Part shown: positions 1 through 12,500 of the stretch, piece after piece | Numbering within the stretch: the first letter of the stretch is position 1 | Layout: every line of letters starts with the position of its first letter | Source of the DNA: Octopus vulgaris | Lineage: Eukaryota | Assembly: GCA_951406725.2 (NCBI GenBank) | Contig: OX597820.1 | Location: 61,380,001-61,444,000, forward strand | Direction of reading: 5' to 3' | DNA: 64,000 bases | Notes under the pieces: model-generated | Seen by the model: the letters and a program-made list of their open reading frames with translations, nothing else | The model's database searches: none | Told to the model about the DNA's origin: nothing | Made by a program: the position numbers and the translations under genes

Positions 1-94
1 ACTCAATTAGGCCTGCCCTGGATGAAGACAGCAATAAACTAGTAATATAGTTATAATATAGATCACATCTTACATTGTGAATTCAATAACTTAA

Positions 95-279
95 CCCTTT
101 CGTTACCAACCTGGCTCTGGCTCAAGCTTTTAATCAAAATCTTCCACCAAACCTTAGTCACAATTTATGTTCCTAACTCTTGCTTAATGATAACTAAGTT
201 ATTTTACTAAATTCTTTGTTATATTTAAGATAATTGAAAGAAACACAGAGCATCTCAAAATAAATACAGTAACGAAAGG
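95..279. mobile_element. piggyBac-like non-autonomous MITE (TTAA family 1)
   Basis: TTAA at 91-94 and 280-283. Termini are CCCTTTCGTTAC...GTAACGAAAGG. Same family at 28077-28287 and 61556-61772. Confidence 0.75.
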
Positions 280-317
280 TTAAAACAATAATCTTAGATG
301 AGTACTTTGATTAAATA

Positions 318-522
318 CTCTTTTACTTGTTTCAGTCATTTGACTGTGGCCACGCTGGAACACCGCCTTTAGTCAAGCAAATCGACCCCAGGACTTATTC
401 TTTGTAAGCCTAGTACTTATTCTATCGGTCTCTTTTCTCGAACCGCTAAGTTACAGGGACGTAAACACACCAGCATTGGTTGTCAAGCGATGTTGGGGGG
501 ACAAACACAGACACACAAACAT

Positions 523-557
<35 letters not shown>

Positions 558-640
558 CAACGGGCTTCTTTCAGTTTCCGTCTACCAAATCCACTCACAA
601 AGCTTTGATCGCCCTGAGGCTATAGGCCCAAAATGCCACG
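318..640 (-). mobile_element. tRNA-derived SINE family A (internal (TA)n(TG)n, AGTAAAAG tail), 5'-truncated
   Basis: About 20 near-identical copies in the window. Approximate minus copies: 1362-1600, 3645-4170, 5105-5260, 6655-6990, 10600-10765, 11935-12279, 12855-13235, 19930-20293, 27229-27632, 46388-46790. Approximate plus copies: 11669-11932, 18950-19320, 24143-24320, 24936-25285, 25830-26245, 34588-35220, 35488-35800, 43940-44335. Heads have A-box (TGGCTGTGTGG) and B-box (GGTTCAGTCCC) motifs followed by CTTGGGCAAGT. Confidence 0.85.
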
Positions 641-816
641 GGTCTGCTTCTCAAGCATGACATAATGCCAAAGGTCTTGGTCACTACCACCATGAGGCCC
701 AACACTTAAAAGGAACTCAGCCACTTTGCCTCCACAGGGCCCAATATATATATATCGCTTAGATTAATGGTACAGCACAAGTAATGGAGTTTGAGAGGTA
801 TGGATTTCATCTACTG

Positions 817-1340
817 TAGGGACATGTTGCCTACGTAGGCAGTGCCTATCTACATGTAAAATATTTTGAATAAAATACATCGATAGGAACATTTTCCTTT
901 TATGGCAAAAATATGCACCTAATTACTCTGATTAATGTGCATAAAAAGCAAAATATTTTATTTTTGTAAATTAGGTAGGCATAATTGGCCCCTGCTTTTC
1001 ACTCTCAGTATTTAAACTACACGTAGTACTGCTGTAGTACACATGCTGCATACATTCCTATAACAATGCTTTCTTTACGTGCTATACAGGCAGAAGTAAA
1101 TCTGCCTTCAGTTCAGTTGCATACATTTGTTTCGCTTATTGTTTTTGTGTGTGTTTTTACCTTCAGCTTTAGCTCATTTCCATTTATATCCATTTTCACC
1201 CCTTTGCAGCAATGTATAGCAACTACCTTTATATCTATATATTTTTATCCTTTTATCTAGAGACAAATCTTTTAATGATAGTTTACGACATGAAGGTCAA
1301 CAACAGCCTACCCTGAGTAATTACTAACGGCATGTACCTG
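817..1340 (-). mobile_element. Non-autonomous DNA transposon (hAT-like CAGG..GTGCCG termini)
   Basis: Homologous to 41780-42178 in the opposite orientation along its whole length. Degenerate terminal inverted repeats. Confidence 0.6.
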
Positions 1341-1606
1341 ATAATATATATATATATATTCTTTCATTCGTTTATTTGTTTCAGTCATTTGACTGTGGCC
1401 ATGTTGGAGCACCACCTTTGAGTCAAACAAATCGAGCTCAGGACTTATTCTTTGTAAGCCTAGCACTTATTTATCAGTCTCTTTTGCCGAACCGCTAAGT
1501 TACAGGAACATAAACACACCAACATCGGTTGTCAAGTAATGGTGGGGGACAAACACAAATAGATACATACACACACACACACAAACACACATACACACAC
1601 AATGTG

Positions 1607-1910
1607 TGGAGGGCAATGGCCCAGGGGTTAGGGCAGCGGCCTCGCAGTCAGAGGATCACGGTTTCAATTCCCAGACAAGGCATTGTGTGAGTTTATGGAG
1701 CAAAAACACCTAAAAGCTCCACGAGGCTTAGGCAGGGGGTGGTAGCGACCCCTGTTGCACTCTTTCGCCACAAATTTCTCTCACTCTCTCTGCCTGTTTC
1801 TTGAGTAACTCTGCAATGGATTGGCGTCCCGTCCAGCTGGGGGGAACAAATACACCACAGAAACCGGGAAACCAGGCCCATGAGCTTGGCTAGGCTTGCA
1901 AAGGGTGACG
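1607..1910 (+). mobile_element. tRNA-derived SINE family C
   Basis: Head GGAGGGCAATGGCCCAGGGGTTAGGGCAGCGG...GGTTTCAATTCCC. Homologous copies at about 4325-4625 (-), 44903-45188 (+) and 54060-54368 (-). Confidence 0.8.
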
Positions 1911-2816
1911 TAAAATATATATATATGATGGGCTTCACACACACATACATATTTATACAGGTATGGATGTGCCTCTTTGACTCCCCACTGCATGACAATT
2001 GGTGCTGATTCATCTATATTCCATAACTTAGTGGTATGGCAAAAGAAAGTAAGAGAATACGTACAAGGCTAAAAAAGAATGTATTTGGGTCAATGTGTTT
2101 GCTAAACCCTTCAAAGCAGCCCGATGACTGAAACAATGAGAAAATAGGTGAGAGAACATTAAACTGTCAAAGATTAGATGATAATGTAATGTACTGTAAG
2201 TACCTAAAAAATTATTACAATCAAACAAGTCAAGCTTTGATGATTAGATAATTAGCAATCTGAGTGATTACTTACTAACAATAAAACAACAATATAAAGG
2301 TATTTAATATAACGTCATAAAAGCAATATTTGGAAGAAACATGGTTAAAGGTGTAATTTCAAAATATCTGTAACTATACTTTTGAAAGACTAAAAATTCT
2401 CATTAACTGCTAAACACGTCAACAAAGATCAATAAACAGATGTCATACCTGGAATAATATACTGTTTAACAATCAAAAACTAGTAGTTGCTTTATTAAGC
2501 CCAAAGAATTTATTGAAATTAAATGAATGCTGGTTTTCAATTAGTCTATAAAGTTTAAAGCATAATCGGAAATTAACTTTCACATTAAGTGGCATAGCAT
2601 GGTGTTAATTGCTTAGAATATCAATAATTAAAGCTTTTAGTTATCAACAAGTGACCCCTTTATGCCTAAAGTATGCTGTGTTATGCAGGTCGTAAAAGTG
2701 CAATTCAATACAGTGAAGTAACATGAACAATAAAAATAAAGGATACTAAAGAGGAATGAGCTCTGTCGTTTGTGGTAAATTGATTAGGTATTAAATGAAT
2801 TGAAGGGTACATCAGA

Positions 2817-3360
2817 TTATAATAATAATAATGAAATTATTGTATACAGTGCTCAGGTGCACCACAACTTGTCAAAAGTGCATATAAAGCATATGCAGTG
2901 ATGTATAAATGTCTGGAAAGTGAACAGTGTATGAGTCAGATACATGCTTGCGTGTGTATGGAGGGGAGAAAATCAGGTGTAGTGTTGGCAAATCTCAGGA
3001 AGCATGGAAGTTTTGAAGGATGCAGTGCTCCAACAACTGATGCCGGCAGTTTGTTCCATGCTTCAGCAACTCTTAGTGTGAAAAAATGTTTCCGAAAGTC
3101 ATGGGAGCTGTGCTGTTTTCTAACTTTGTAAACATGTCCATGGATGTTAGACAGGTGGAGTTATGAAAAGGTGCTCAGAGTTATTGTTAGTAGATGGTTA
3201 ATAATTTTATGGGCGTCTGCCAAGTCAGCTGCCAGACGTCAGAGTTTCAATGTATCCATGCCCAGGGAAGTAAGGCATTCAGAATATGGCAAATGCCTGA
3301 TGGAGGGTATTCTCTTGGTTGCACGTTGCTGAACGGTTTCCAGACGATTAATGTAGTGTA
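2817..3360 (-). mobile_element. CR1-clade LINE 3' end (ORF2 C-terminus plus (ATT)n tail), decayed
   Basis: Minus strand reads INRLETVQQRATKRIPSIRHLPYSECLTSLGMDTL...GHVYKVRKQHSSHDFRKHFFTLRVAEAWNKLP, with stops and frameshifts. This is the typical CR1 ORF2 tail. Confidence 0.8.
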
Positions 3361-3842
3361 GGGTTAGAAATATATTGAGAATAAATTATAAATACTAAAC
3401 AAAAATGTTCTAAATTTGCGGTAATGACAAACCAGAGAAAATTCATAATAAATGTGTGATTACTTGATATTTAATTTAAAAGATCTCAAGGGATTGATGG
3501 CACAACAAAGCTACTTTGAATACACAACTAATTCTGCCGCTTTTTAAATTAACCAAATTCAAGTCTGCACCTAATTTAGAGAATAATTTTGTTCTCTTGA
3601 TATTTAGTATATTTTTTTTAATTATCTACTGAAGTATACCTTCTTTTACTTGTTTTCATCACTGAACTGCAGCCATGAAAGATTTAGTCAAACAAATCAA
3701 CCCCAGCACATCTTTTTTAAGCCTGGCACTTAATCCATCAGTTTCTTTTGCTGAACCACTAAGTTACAGGTACATAAACAAACCAAGATCAGTTGTTAAA
3801 TGGTAGAGGAGGACAAACACAAACACATATATACACATGTGA

Positions 3843-4020
3843 GTTGGCATGACGGTTGAAACGTTTAGCGGTATTTCATCTGTCTTTACGTTCTGAGTTC
3901 AAATTCCGCCCAGGTCGACTTTGCCTTTCATCAATAAATTAAATACCAGTTGTGTACTGGGGTCGATCTAATCAACTGGTCCTCCTTCACCTAAAATTTC
4001 AGGCCTTGTGCCTAGAGTAG
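3843..4020 (+). mobile_element. tRNA-derived SINE family B (Nin/Deu-domain-like), nested in a family A SINE
   Basis: Core GTTCTGAGTTCAAATTCCGCC...GCCTTTCATC. Other copies at about 14620-14790, 24343-24574 (TSD TGTGCATGCATG), 26764-26890, 28347-28565, 34743-34935, 35960-36150, 38855-39070 and 43591-43792. Confidence 0.8.
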
Positions 4021-5290
4021 AAATTACATAAATACACAAAAGGCTTCCACACAGTTTCCATCTACCAAAATTCCATTGCACTGACCAACCTAGAGCAATA
4101 GTAAAAGACACCTGCCCTAGGTGCCACACAAAGGGATTGAACTTAAAACCACATAATTGCAAAGTGAACAGACATTAAATGATGATGATCAAGATTGGAG
4201 CCTGGTGCGGCCATCTAGTTCGCAAGCCCTCAGTCAAAATCATCCAACCAATGCTAGCATGGAAAGCAGACGTTAAATGATGATGATGATGATGAAGACA
4301 GTATCCAGCTGTAGATCCAGCTGTTTTTATTCCTTCTCAAGCCACACCTGGCTCATTAGGGCCAGTTTCCCAGTTTCTTGGCATATAGGTTCCTCATCTG
4401 GACAGGACGCTGGTCCATCGCAGGTGAGCTGCAAGATGCAGGAGGAAAGAGTGAGAGAAAGTTGTGGCGAAAGAGTCAGCAGAAGTTTGCCATTACCTTC
4501 TGCCGGAGCCACATGGAGCTTAGGTGTTTCACTCATAAACACACACATTGCCCAGTCTGAGATTCGAACCTGCAATACCTCGACCATGAGTCAGCTGCTC
4601 TAACCACCAGGCGATGTGCCTCTACGTGTAGTGCAAATTAAATATAACAGGAGAAAAACTGCTTTCTGGGCAGTTTGTTTCCATTTTGTATAGTATATAC
4701 CCTGTACACACAAACATGCAGATGCACAAACGTGCATGCATGCATGCGTGTGTGTGTGTGTGTAAGACTACACTGTCCAATGTCTTTCCTCAATTTCCTC
4801 ACTTTTCAAGAATGATTGAACTTATAAAGCAGTAAAATCCTCATAATCATTATTTTCTATGCTTTCATGGTTGAAATGGAATTTGTTGGAGTGTATTTTC
4901 TACAGCTGGATACCTTTCCTATTGTCAACTCTTATCTGTTTCCAAGTAAGGTGATATTTTCTTATGACCAGACATGTTTTCATTGAAGACTGGAAAGAAA
5001 GGACACCACTTGTATGACAATGCCAGTCATTTACAACAACTATGCAAAGTCAAGGCAAAGAGATAGTAACACACACAGACACGTGTATGTGTATGTATAT
5101 ATATATATATACATAGGAAACAGGGTTCTTTCAGTTTCTGTTTACCAATTCCACTCATAAGGCTTTGGTTGGCCCAGTGCTAGAGTAGAAGTCACTTGTT
5201 CAATGCAATGGGACTGAACCTGAAACAATGTGGTTGCAACTATGCCTGCACCTATAACAGGCAGGCAGGCCAGTCGGTCAGTCAGTAGAT

Positions 5291-5335
<45 letters not shown>

Positions 5336-7004
5336 CAGACAGACAGGCAGGCAGATATAGCGGCATGGTTATATATTTATGTTTTGTAATCATTATAGTC
5401 ATACATTATCAATTTTGACTATTATTTAAATCTCAAGGTGTTGGACTTCACAGACAAAGTTATACAATATTGATGGAAGTAGCCATATGTTGTATTGCAG
5501 ATCTCTCTGACCTTGACCAGATTGGAAAATTTGACATTAATGCAACAGCAGTAGTAATTACATGAATACAGCATTTTATGTGGAATATGTGAACAAACCT
5601 GTATGAATGTTAGTTTACTTAGTTACTAATCAAGGCTCTACACAACAGTAACACATCTATCTATTCATGAAGCATTCCAGAGTATTTTTACAAACCAACA
5701 AACTCAGCCTGCAAGTAATAGGAGCCAAATATCTCTCAAATCACATCCTACCAGCTTAAATAGTGAAGGATACATTGGAAAACGTTGTCCCTGGTATTAA
5801 AAAAAATGAGATGTTATATAGCTGGGACACTTTTGATTATACATCAGCAGCTCAATCAAAGCTGAGCAGAGGCTGTTAGCGACAGCAGCTTACAATGTTA
5901 ATAATACATTTGATCAAGCATTTCAATTTATTATAACCCAGTATTTTATTTTTTTCCCTCTTCAAGTCTTATGAACTTGAATAATAGCAATAAGAATAGC
6001 AACAGAGATAACGGATATATTACATATTAGGGACTAACTATTCTCACATTTGTAAAATACCATAGAGGTTATGACATGTCATGAATGCTTTTCCTACTAC
6101 ATCACAAAGCAATTAGACACAATTAGATTAAATATGCTAGTAATAATAAGCCTTCACAAATTTAATTCAGACATATCAATGTAATGAATCTCTAAAGCAT
6201 ATGAAATGTTATCCATTAGTTTTTTTCTTTAGAATTTACTCCTCAAACAAGTAGTTCTTTTTTTTAATGATACAATCATCTACAAATAGCTTCAATATAC
6301 AATTCCATTTCTTTAATAATTCAAAGCAACATTTATTTACCTAATAAAACACATGCACTAGCACACACACACGCTATACAAAATTTCACTCACGCAACTT
6401 GCATGCCTATATATAATTGTGTGCTGATATATCTAATGAAATGAGCCAAAAACAATCTTTAACCATTTGAAGTAAAATTCATTATGAGTAGATAAGACAT
6501 TGGTGTTAATGACAACTTTTGTCAAAAAAAGTGAGACAATACTGCAAAATTTAAACTGAGAAGTAAAGTATGATCTTTGGAGTAGTGACAACTCAGAACA
6601 GACATGTTTTAGTCTTATTTAACATCCTCCGCTAAATATAGTTTAACATATTACTCTTTACTCTTTTACTTGTTTCAGTTATTTGACTGCAGCCATACTG
6701 GAGCACCGCCTTTAGTTGAGCAAATCTACCCCAGGAATTATTCTTTGTAAGCCTAGTACTTATTCTATCGTTCTCTTTTTGACGAACTGCTAAGTTACAC
6801 ATATATACATACATATATACATTTTTACGACAGGCTTCTTTCAGTTTCTGTCTACCAAATCCACTCACAAGTCTTTGGTCGGCCCGAGGCTATAACAGAA
6901 GAAACTTGCCCAAGGTGCCACGCAGTGGAAATGAACCCGGAACCATGTGGTTGGTAAGCAAGCTACTTACCACACAGCCACTCCTGCGCATATACTTACA
7001 AAAT

Positions 7005-8050
7005 CTTAGAATGACTGAGAGGAAACAGAGTTTTGTAAATATTACTCACTGATTAGGTTACTTAAAATTACATACATAAATCCATACATCCATACAAACA
7101 TAAAACTGATCGCCAAAGTAGTCGAACACGGACCAACAACTGAATTACTACCTCCTGCTTTGAAGCATTTGTAATCCAGGAACAGGAAATATCAACCAAA
7201 TACTGATGCACAAAAGGGACTGATGTGCAGGAAAAGCAGTAAAATGTGACAACCAATGCAGACTCTAGAGTTAATGCTGAAGATATCACCCGCACCATAA
7301 GCAGTTGTCCAAAAAATGTCATCACAGTATTATCTACCGATGAGACATGATGTTGTAGCTTAGACACTGTATAACAAGAAAGGATAACCCTGAGGACAAA
7401 GAAATGAGAACCCACAGTATGGTGGGAGCTGTAGCCACTCATAATAAAAAGGAGTACTGGTGAAATGCCCCAGTGAAAACCCAAATAAAATGTAAACATA
7501 ACAGACCAGATATAATGGTTTGGGATAGAGAAGAGAAACTGTGTACAGTTGTGGAAATCAACTGCCCGGCAGATGTTAACATAAAGCTGAAGATCAGTGA
7601 AAAAGAGAATACCTATGTTGAACTATTGAGAAATCTGAAGTTACACTATATCCAGATTACAAGTTCAGGTTTATAGCTGTAATTATTGGGGCACCAAGAA
7701 ATGTAACACACTGCCTAAATACCAATCTTGAGAAATTATGCTTCTCAAAAGCTGATTCAAAGACTACAGATCCAATCCATCACTGGAACTGTAAAAATCT
7801 GTAAAATTTTCCAGAAGTTTTTCATTTAAGTATATATGAGCATGTCTAGATATGCAAGTATATGCATGAGAAGACATACGTAAAACAAAACATACAAATT
7901 TGCATGCATACATACAAACAAACCCTGTTGTTGATGTTGAAATTCCAATAAAGGAGCTTTGGATCTAAGTTAGAAACCAGCTCTTTCTCTATAGGCAAGA
8001 AATCTTAAAATAAAACTGAATGACATACATACATACATACATACATACAC
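7005..8050 (+). pseudogene. R4/Dong-like non-LTR retrotransposon 3' fragment (zinc knuckle plus restriction-like endonuclease)
   Basis: Fragments read IQEQEISTKY, CDNQCRL..EDITRTISSCPKMSSQYYLPMRHDVVA and KHNRPDIMVWDREEKLCTVVEINCPADVN...KENTY (PD..E RLE motif). There are many stops and frameshifts, and it ends in (ATAC)n. Confidence 0.8.
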
Positions 8051-8875
8051 ACACACACATACATATGTGAGTGTGTGTGTGTGTGTGTATGTGTGCGTGC
8101 GTGCATGCGTGTGTGTAAAGGAAACATCAATGATACTTTGTTCCATGCAGAATCTGCAGGAGCTACTTAAAGATTTTGTGATTTTCATCTTAAAGATTTT
8201 CATCTGACGGTAACTAATATTACCACAATGCTGGAAACCTTTCTCTATTATCTTCAACAGATATCTCAGGGTCACAAGCACTTTGACTATTAGCCTACAT
8301 GCTTCACCTCAGAGGAGCAGTAAGGACTAAATTAGCCTTGCCAAAAGAAGGACACCATCTGTCATTACTTGTCAACCATAACCAACTTGAACTAATGACA
8401 GTAGCCATGGCCATTTCCTGAGTGCCTTTCTTCAGTTGTGTTTTGCCCCCTGGCCCACCTCCAACAGACAATGGGGATTATTTCATGTATTATATATATA
8501 TATATATAAGCGATTTTATCTTTCATTATGCAATATCTATTTCTATCTCTTTTTCTCTCCCTTTTGCCTCTCTCTCTCTCTCTCTCTGTCCTTCCCTCTC
8601 TCACCAACTTTCCTCTTGGTGCTTACTGTTTCTCTGCCCTCCACCATTTTCTCTTTCTCCTCCCACTACCACATGATCCATGACCATTCTCATCTCTCCC
8701 TTCCATTTTCTTTTTCGCTTGACTGCTGACTCCAACAGTCGCATTTCTCTCACCTCCTCCACATTCAACATGGTCTATTTTATGGTCTTCTTTTGCAGAA
8801 TCACTAAACCAAGGAACTGTAAACAAATCAACACTGGTTCTCAAGCAGTAATGGGGAACAAACATACACACTCAT

Positions 8876-8914
<39 letters not shown>

Positions 8915-9406
8915 TACACACACACAAACACACATACGACAGGCTTCCACACAGTTTCTGTCTACCTTGTTAACCACACAGATATGCCTAGAAAGATGTT
9001 CAGATTTCTCCACATTATCTTTAATTGATATCATTATTAATCAATTAATTAGTTTAAGTTGTTTATTTCTACACAAATGATCATGGTAATACTTTAATTG
9101 ATAGACATTAAAATTGCAGTTTCATAACTAAACAATAAATTAATGAGAGCAGTTTTAATCATCATCATCATCATCATTTTAACATCCAATTTACATGCTT
9201 GCATTGGTTGCACAACAGATGGGTGCTCTTCCTGTCATCAACACTCACCTGTTTCAAAGTAAGGTAATACAACACATGAACAGACAATGTTTTCTTGGAA
9301 GATTGGAAACGAAGGCCAGTAATATTGCATGACAGTAATATTTATTTACAGCAATCACATGAAGTCAAAACAAGGAGACAATAACACACGCATACTATTA
9401 TGTATG

Positions 9407-9446
<40 letters not shown>

Positions 9447-9459
9447 TAGATAGATGACA

Positions 9460-9930
9460 GCACTGCATGACTGGCATCTGTGCTAGTGGAGCGCTAAGAG
9501 CACCATCCAAGTGTGATCGTTGCCAGGGCAGCTGACTGGCCCCCATGCCGGTGGCACATAAAAAGCACCATTCGACCATGATCATTACTAGTGTCACCTT
9601 ACTGGCACTTGTGGCAATGGTAGGCGAAAAACAACATTGAAGCGATGTCGTTGCCAGTGCCGCTGGATTGGCTCCTGTGCAGGTGGCACATAAAAACATC
9701 ATTTGAGCATGGCCGTTGCCAGTACCACCTGACTGGCCCTCGTGCCACTGGCACGTAAAAGCACCCACTGCACTCTCAGAGTGGCTGCGTTAGGAAGGGC
9801 ATCCACCTGTAGAAACTCTTCCAGATCAGATTGGAGCCTGGTGCAGCCATCTGGCTCACCAATCCCTAGTCAAACCGTCAAATCCATGCCAGTATGGAAA
9901 GCGGACGTTAAACAATGATGATGATGATAG
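9460..9930 (+). mobile_element. RTE-tail element / SINE family D ending in (GAT)n
   Basis: Shared 3' end GGAAGGGCATCCAGCTGTAGAAAC...CCATGCCAGCATGGAAAGCGGACGTTAAA(GAT)n. Other copies at about 4190-4295, 10000-10160, 10250-10480, 16850-17064, 25490-25725, 41430-41580, 42190-42560 (-), 47995-48330, 55850-56170 and 62950-63155. Confidence 0.75.
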
Positions 9931-10477
9931 ATATTCCTTATCATTTAAAAATGTTTTCTCCCTCTTATTTCAACTGCTTCCCCCTCTTACATTTATATTA
10001 CACTTTCAGAGTGGTTAGCATTAGGAAGAGTATCCAGCCATAGAAAACCATGCCAAATCAGACTGGTGTCTGGTGCAGCCTTCCAGCTTAGCAGCCCTAG
10101 TCAAGCCATCCAACCCATGCCAGCATGGACAACAGATGTTAAATGATGATTATGATGATTATATATATATATATATATATACTCAAGAAGACTCACCCAC
10201 CACATGAATTATAAATGCTCCCCTCCCAGTTGAAAAGGTTTTTGTCTCAAAGACCTCTTGTGCTAGTCCATGTAAAACACACTCAAGCTAGTTCTACATA
10301 AAAACCAGCCAGAACTTTCTGTAATGTGGTTGACATTAGGAAGGGTATTTAGCTATAGAAACCAAGCCAAATTAGGCTGGAACTTGATGCAGCTCTCCAG
10401 TTTTCCAGCTCTGGTCAAACCATCCAACTCATGCCAGCATGAAAGCAGATATTAAATGATGATGATGATGATGATGA

Positions 10478-10538
<61 letters not shown>

Positions 10539-11667
10539 GGAGTAGCTGACTGTATCTGACTGAAATAAATAGAAGAATAAAAAAGAAGGAATATATATAC
10601 ACACACACACACAACAGGTTTCTTCCAGTGTCCATCTACCAAATTCACTCATGAGACTTTGGTCAGCCTGAGGCTCCAGTAGGAGACACTTGCCCAAGGT
10701 GTCATGCAGCTGGACTGAACCTGAGACCATGTGGTTGGGAAGCAAGTTTCTTACCATACAGTCTGCACCTCACAGTCAACTACTTCCTCAATTTATATGA
10801 GAAAGTGATTATGTCTTTAATCCAGTTCTTTATCTAAATACTTTAGCATAAAAATCAAACAATTAAGTTTAATCCTTCTTGATATATTTTGATTTAATTT
10901 GTATGAAATACAACAAACTAAGAAAATAAGAAATGAAACATAGAGAAAACTTTATAGTGAATAAAGTCAGTATTATATTCCAGCATTTTAGATTGTTAAT
11001 CTAAAAGTGATATACAAAATAAAAACAAAAAAAAGAAAACATTCCAATTCTTTGATAATAGCATAAAATGGTCAAGCATTTCCACCACCTTCCTTCCTGC
11101 TATCAAAGGTGTCAAGTAGGGGCAAGCAATTGAAGTCTAGAAGAGCAAGATAATTTGCTTTCAGAGATAAAGCATATCACAGATTACAATTACTATAAAC
11201 TGTAATTATAATCTTCAGGAAAATCCTCTTCATAGTGTCTTAAGAATGAAAGTAAAATATCTCTTTAATTGTCAAGAAGTTAAAGTGCAGAAGTAAATAC
11301 AATTAATTCATATGATTTCTGACAAATGAAAGGCTGAACAAATGAGAATTCTTTGTCATCAGTGTTCTTTCTCACGTGTTTCCTGGCAGCTGCTTTCATC
11401 ATCATTGTCACTGTCCTCATTTTGCTATGCTTGTTTGGGTCACATGGAGTTTTCCTTAGATGGGTTTTCTACAGCTGTGTACTCTTCCTGTTGCCAACAC
11501 ACTTGTTTTCAAGCAGGGTGACCAGACATGTTTTTTTTGTTTTTCAAAATATTTAGAAACAATTGACACAACAATTGACAGAGACACTCCTTTACAACTA
11601 TCACGAAATATCAAAATATAAACAAGATAATTTAAAGCCAAAAGAATAAAAAGACATAATCAAATAG

Positions 11668-12054
11668 ATAGGCGTAGGAGTGGTTGTGTGGTAAGTAGCT
11701 TGCTTACCAACCACATGGTTTCGGGGTTCAGTCCCACTGCATGGCACCTTGGGCAAGTGTCTTCTACTATAGCCTCGGGCCGACCAAATACTTATGAGTG
11801 GATTTGGCAGACGGAAACTGAAAGAAACCCGTCGTATATATGTATATATATATATATATGTGTATGTGTGTGTATATGTTTGTGTGTCTGTGTTTGTCCC
11901 CCTAACATCGCTTGACAACCGACGCTGGTGTTATAAGCCTAGTACTTATTCTATTGGTCTCTTTTGCCAAACCGCTAAGTTATGTAAACACACCAGCGTC
12001 GGTTGTCAAGCGATGTTGGGGGACAAACACAGACACACAAACATATACACACAC

Positions 12055-12107
<53 letters not shown>

Positions 12108-12279
12108 TATATACAACGGGCTTCTTTCAGTTTCCGTCTACCAAATCCACTCACAAGGCTTTGGTTGGCCTGAGACTATAGTAGAAGAAACTTGCCCAAG
12201 GTGCCATGCAGTGGGACTGAACCCGGAACCATATGGTTCATAAGCAAGCTACTTACCACACAGCCACTCTTACACCTAT
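11668..12279. repeat. Tail-to-tail inverted pair of family A SINEs (arms about 270 bp, spacer about 55 bp)
   Basis: 11668-11932 is the reverse complement of about 11986-12279, apart from microsatellite length. Confidence 0.85.
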
Positions 12280-12286
12280 AAAAAAT

Positions 12287-12371
12287 GTAGGCTTTCCATT
12301 CGCATGGGACTCGACCCACACCTCTTTGTTTTCGCGACCAAGTGTGCTACCAATTACACTAGTGAGCCTAC
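12287..12371 (-). ncRNA. tRNA-like Pol III element (A box, B box, 7-bp terminal stem, T6 terminator); not a canonical tRNA
   Basis: Minus strand reads GTAGGCT-CACTAGTGTAATTGGTAGCAC...GTGGGTCGAGTCCCAT...AGCCTAC-ATTTTTT. D arm and T arm are present, but the anticodon and acceptor arms are aberrant. Confidence 0.45.
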
Positions 12372-12447
12372 CTACTTAATATTTTGTGAGAAAATATAAA
12401 ATGAAACCTTCATTTTCAAAGATTTATTGTTTATACTAAAATATTGA

Positions 12448-12500
12448 AGTCTTACAATTTTGCATGAATAGTCAAACTATTCATGCAAAATTGTAAGACT
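12448..12500. repeat. Perfect 25-bp palindrome with a 3-nt loop
   Basis: AGTCTTACAATTTTGCATGAATAGT-CAA-ACTATTCATGCAAAATTGTAAGACT. Confidence 0.9.

Noticed and set aside
5400-5600. Open frames flanked by possible splice signals
   Set aside because: No recognisable protein motif and no consistent donor/acceptor pair.
9460-9780. Regularly recurring GGCACATAAAAAGCACC-type motifs resembling a CRISPR array
   Set aside because: These are degenerate internal subrepeats of the RTE-tail family D element (also at 42340-42560). The context is eukaryotic, with no cas genes and no unique spacers.
10415-12243. Numerous ORFs with YIYI, CVCV or HTHT runs (also elsewhere in the window)
   Set aside because: They are dinucleotide microsatellites inside SINEs, not genes.
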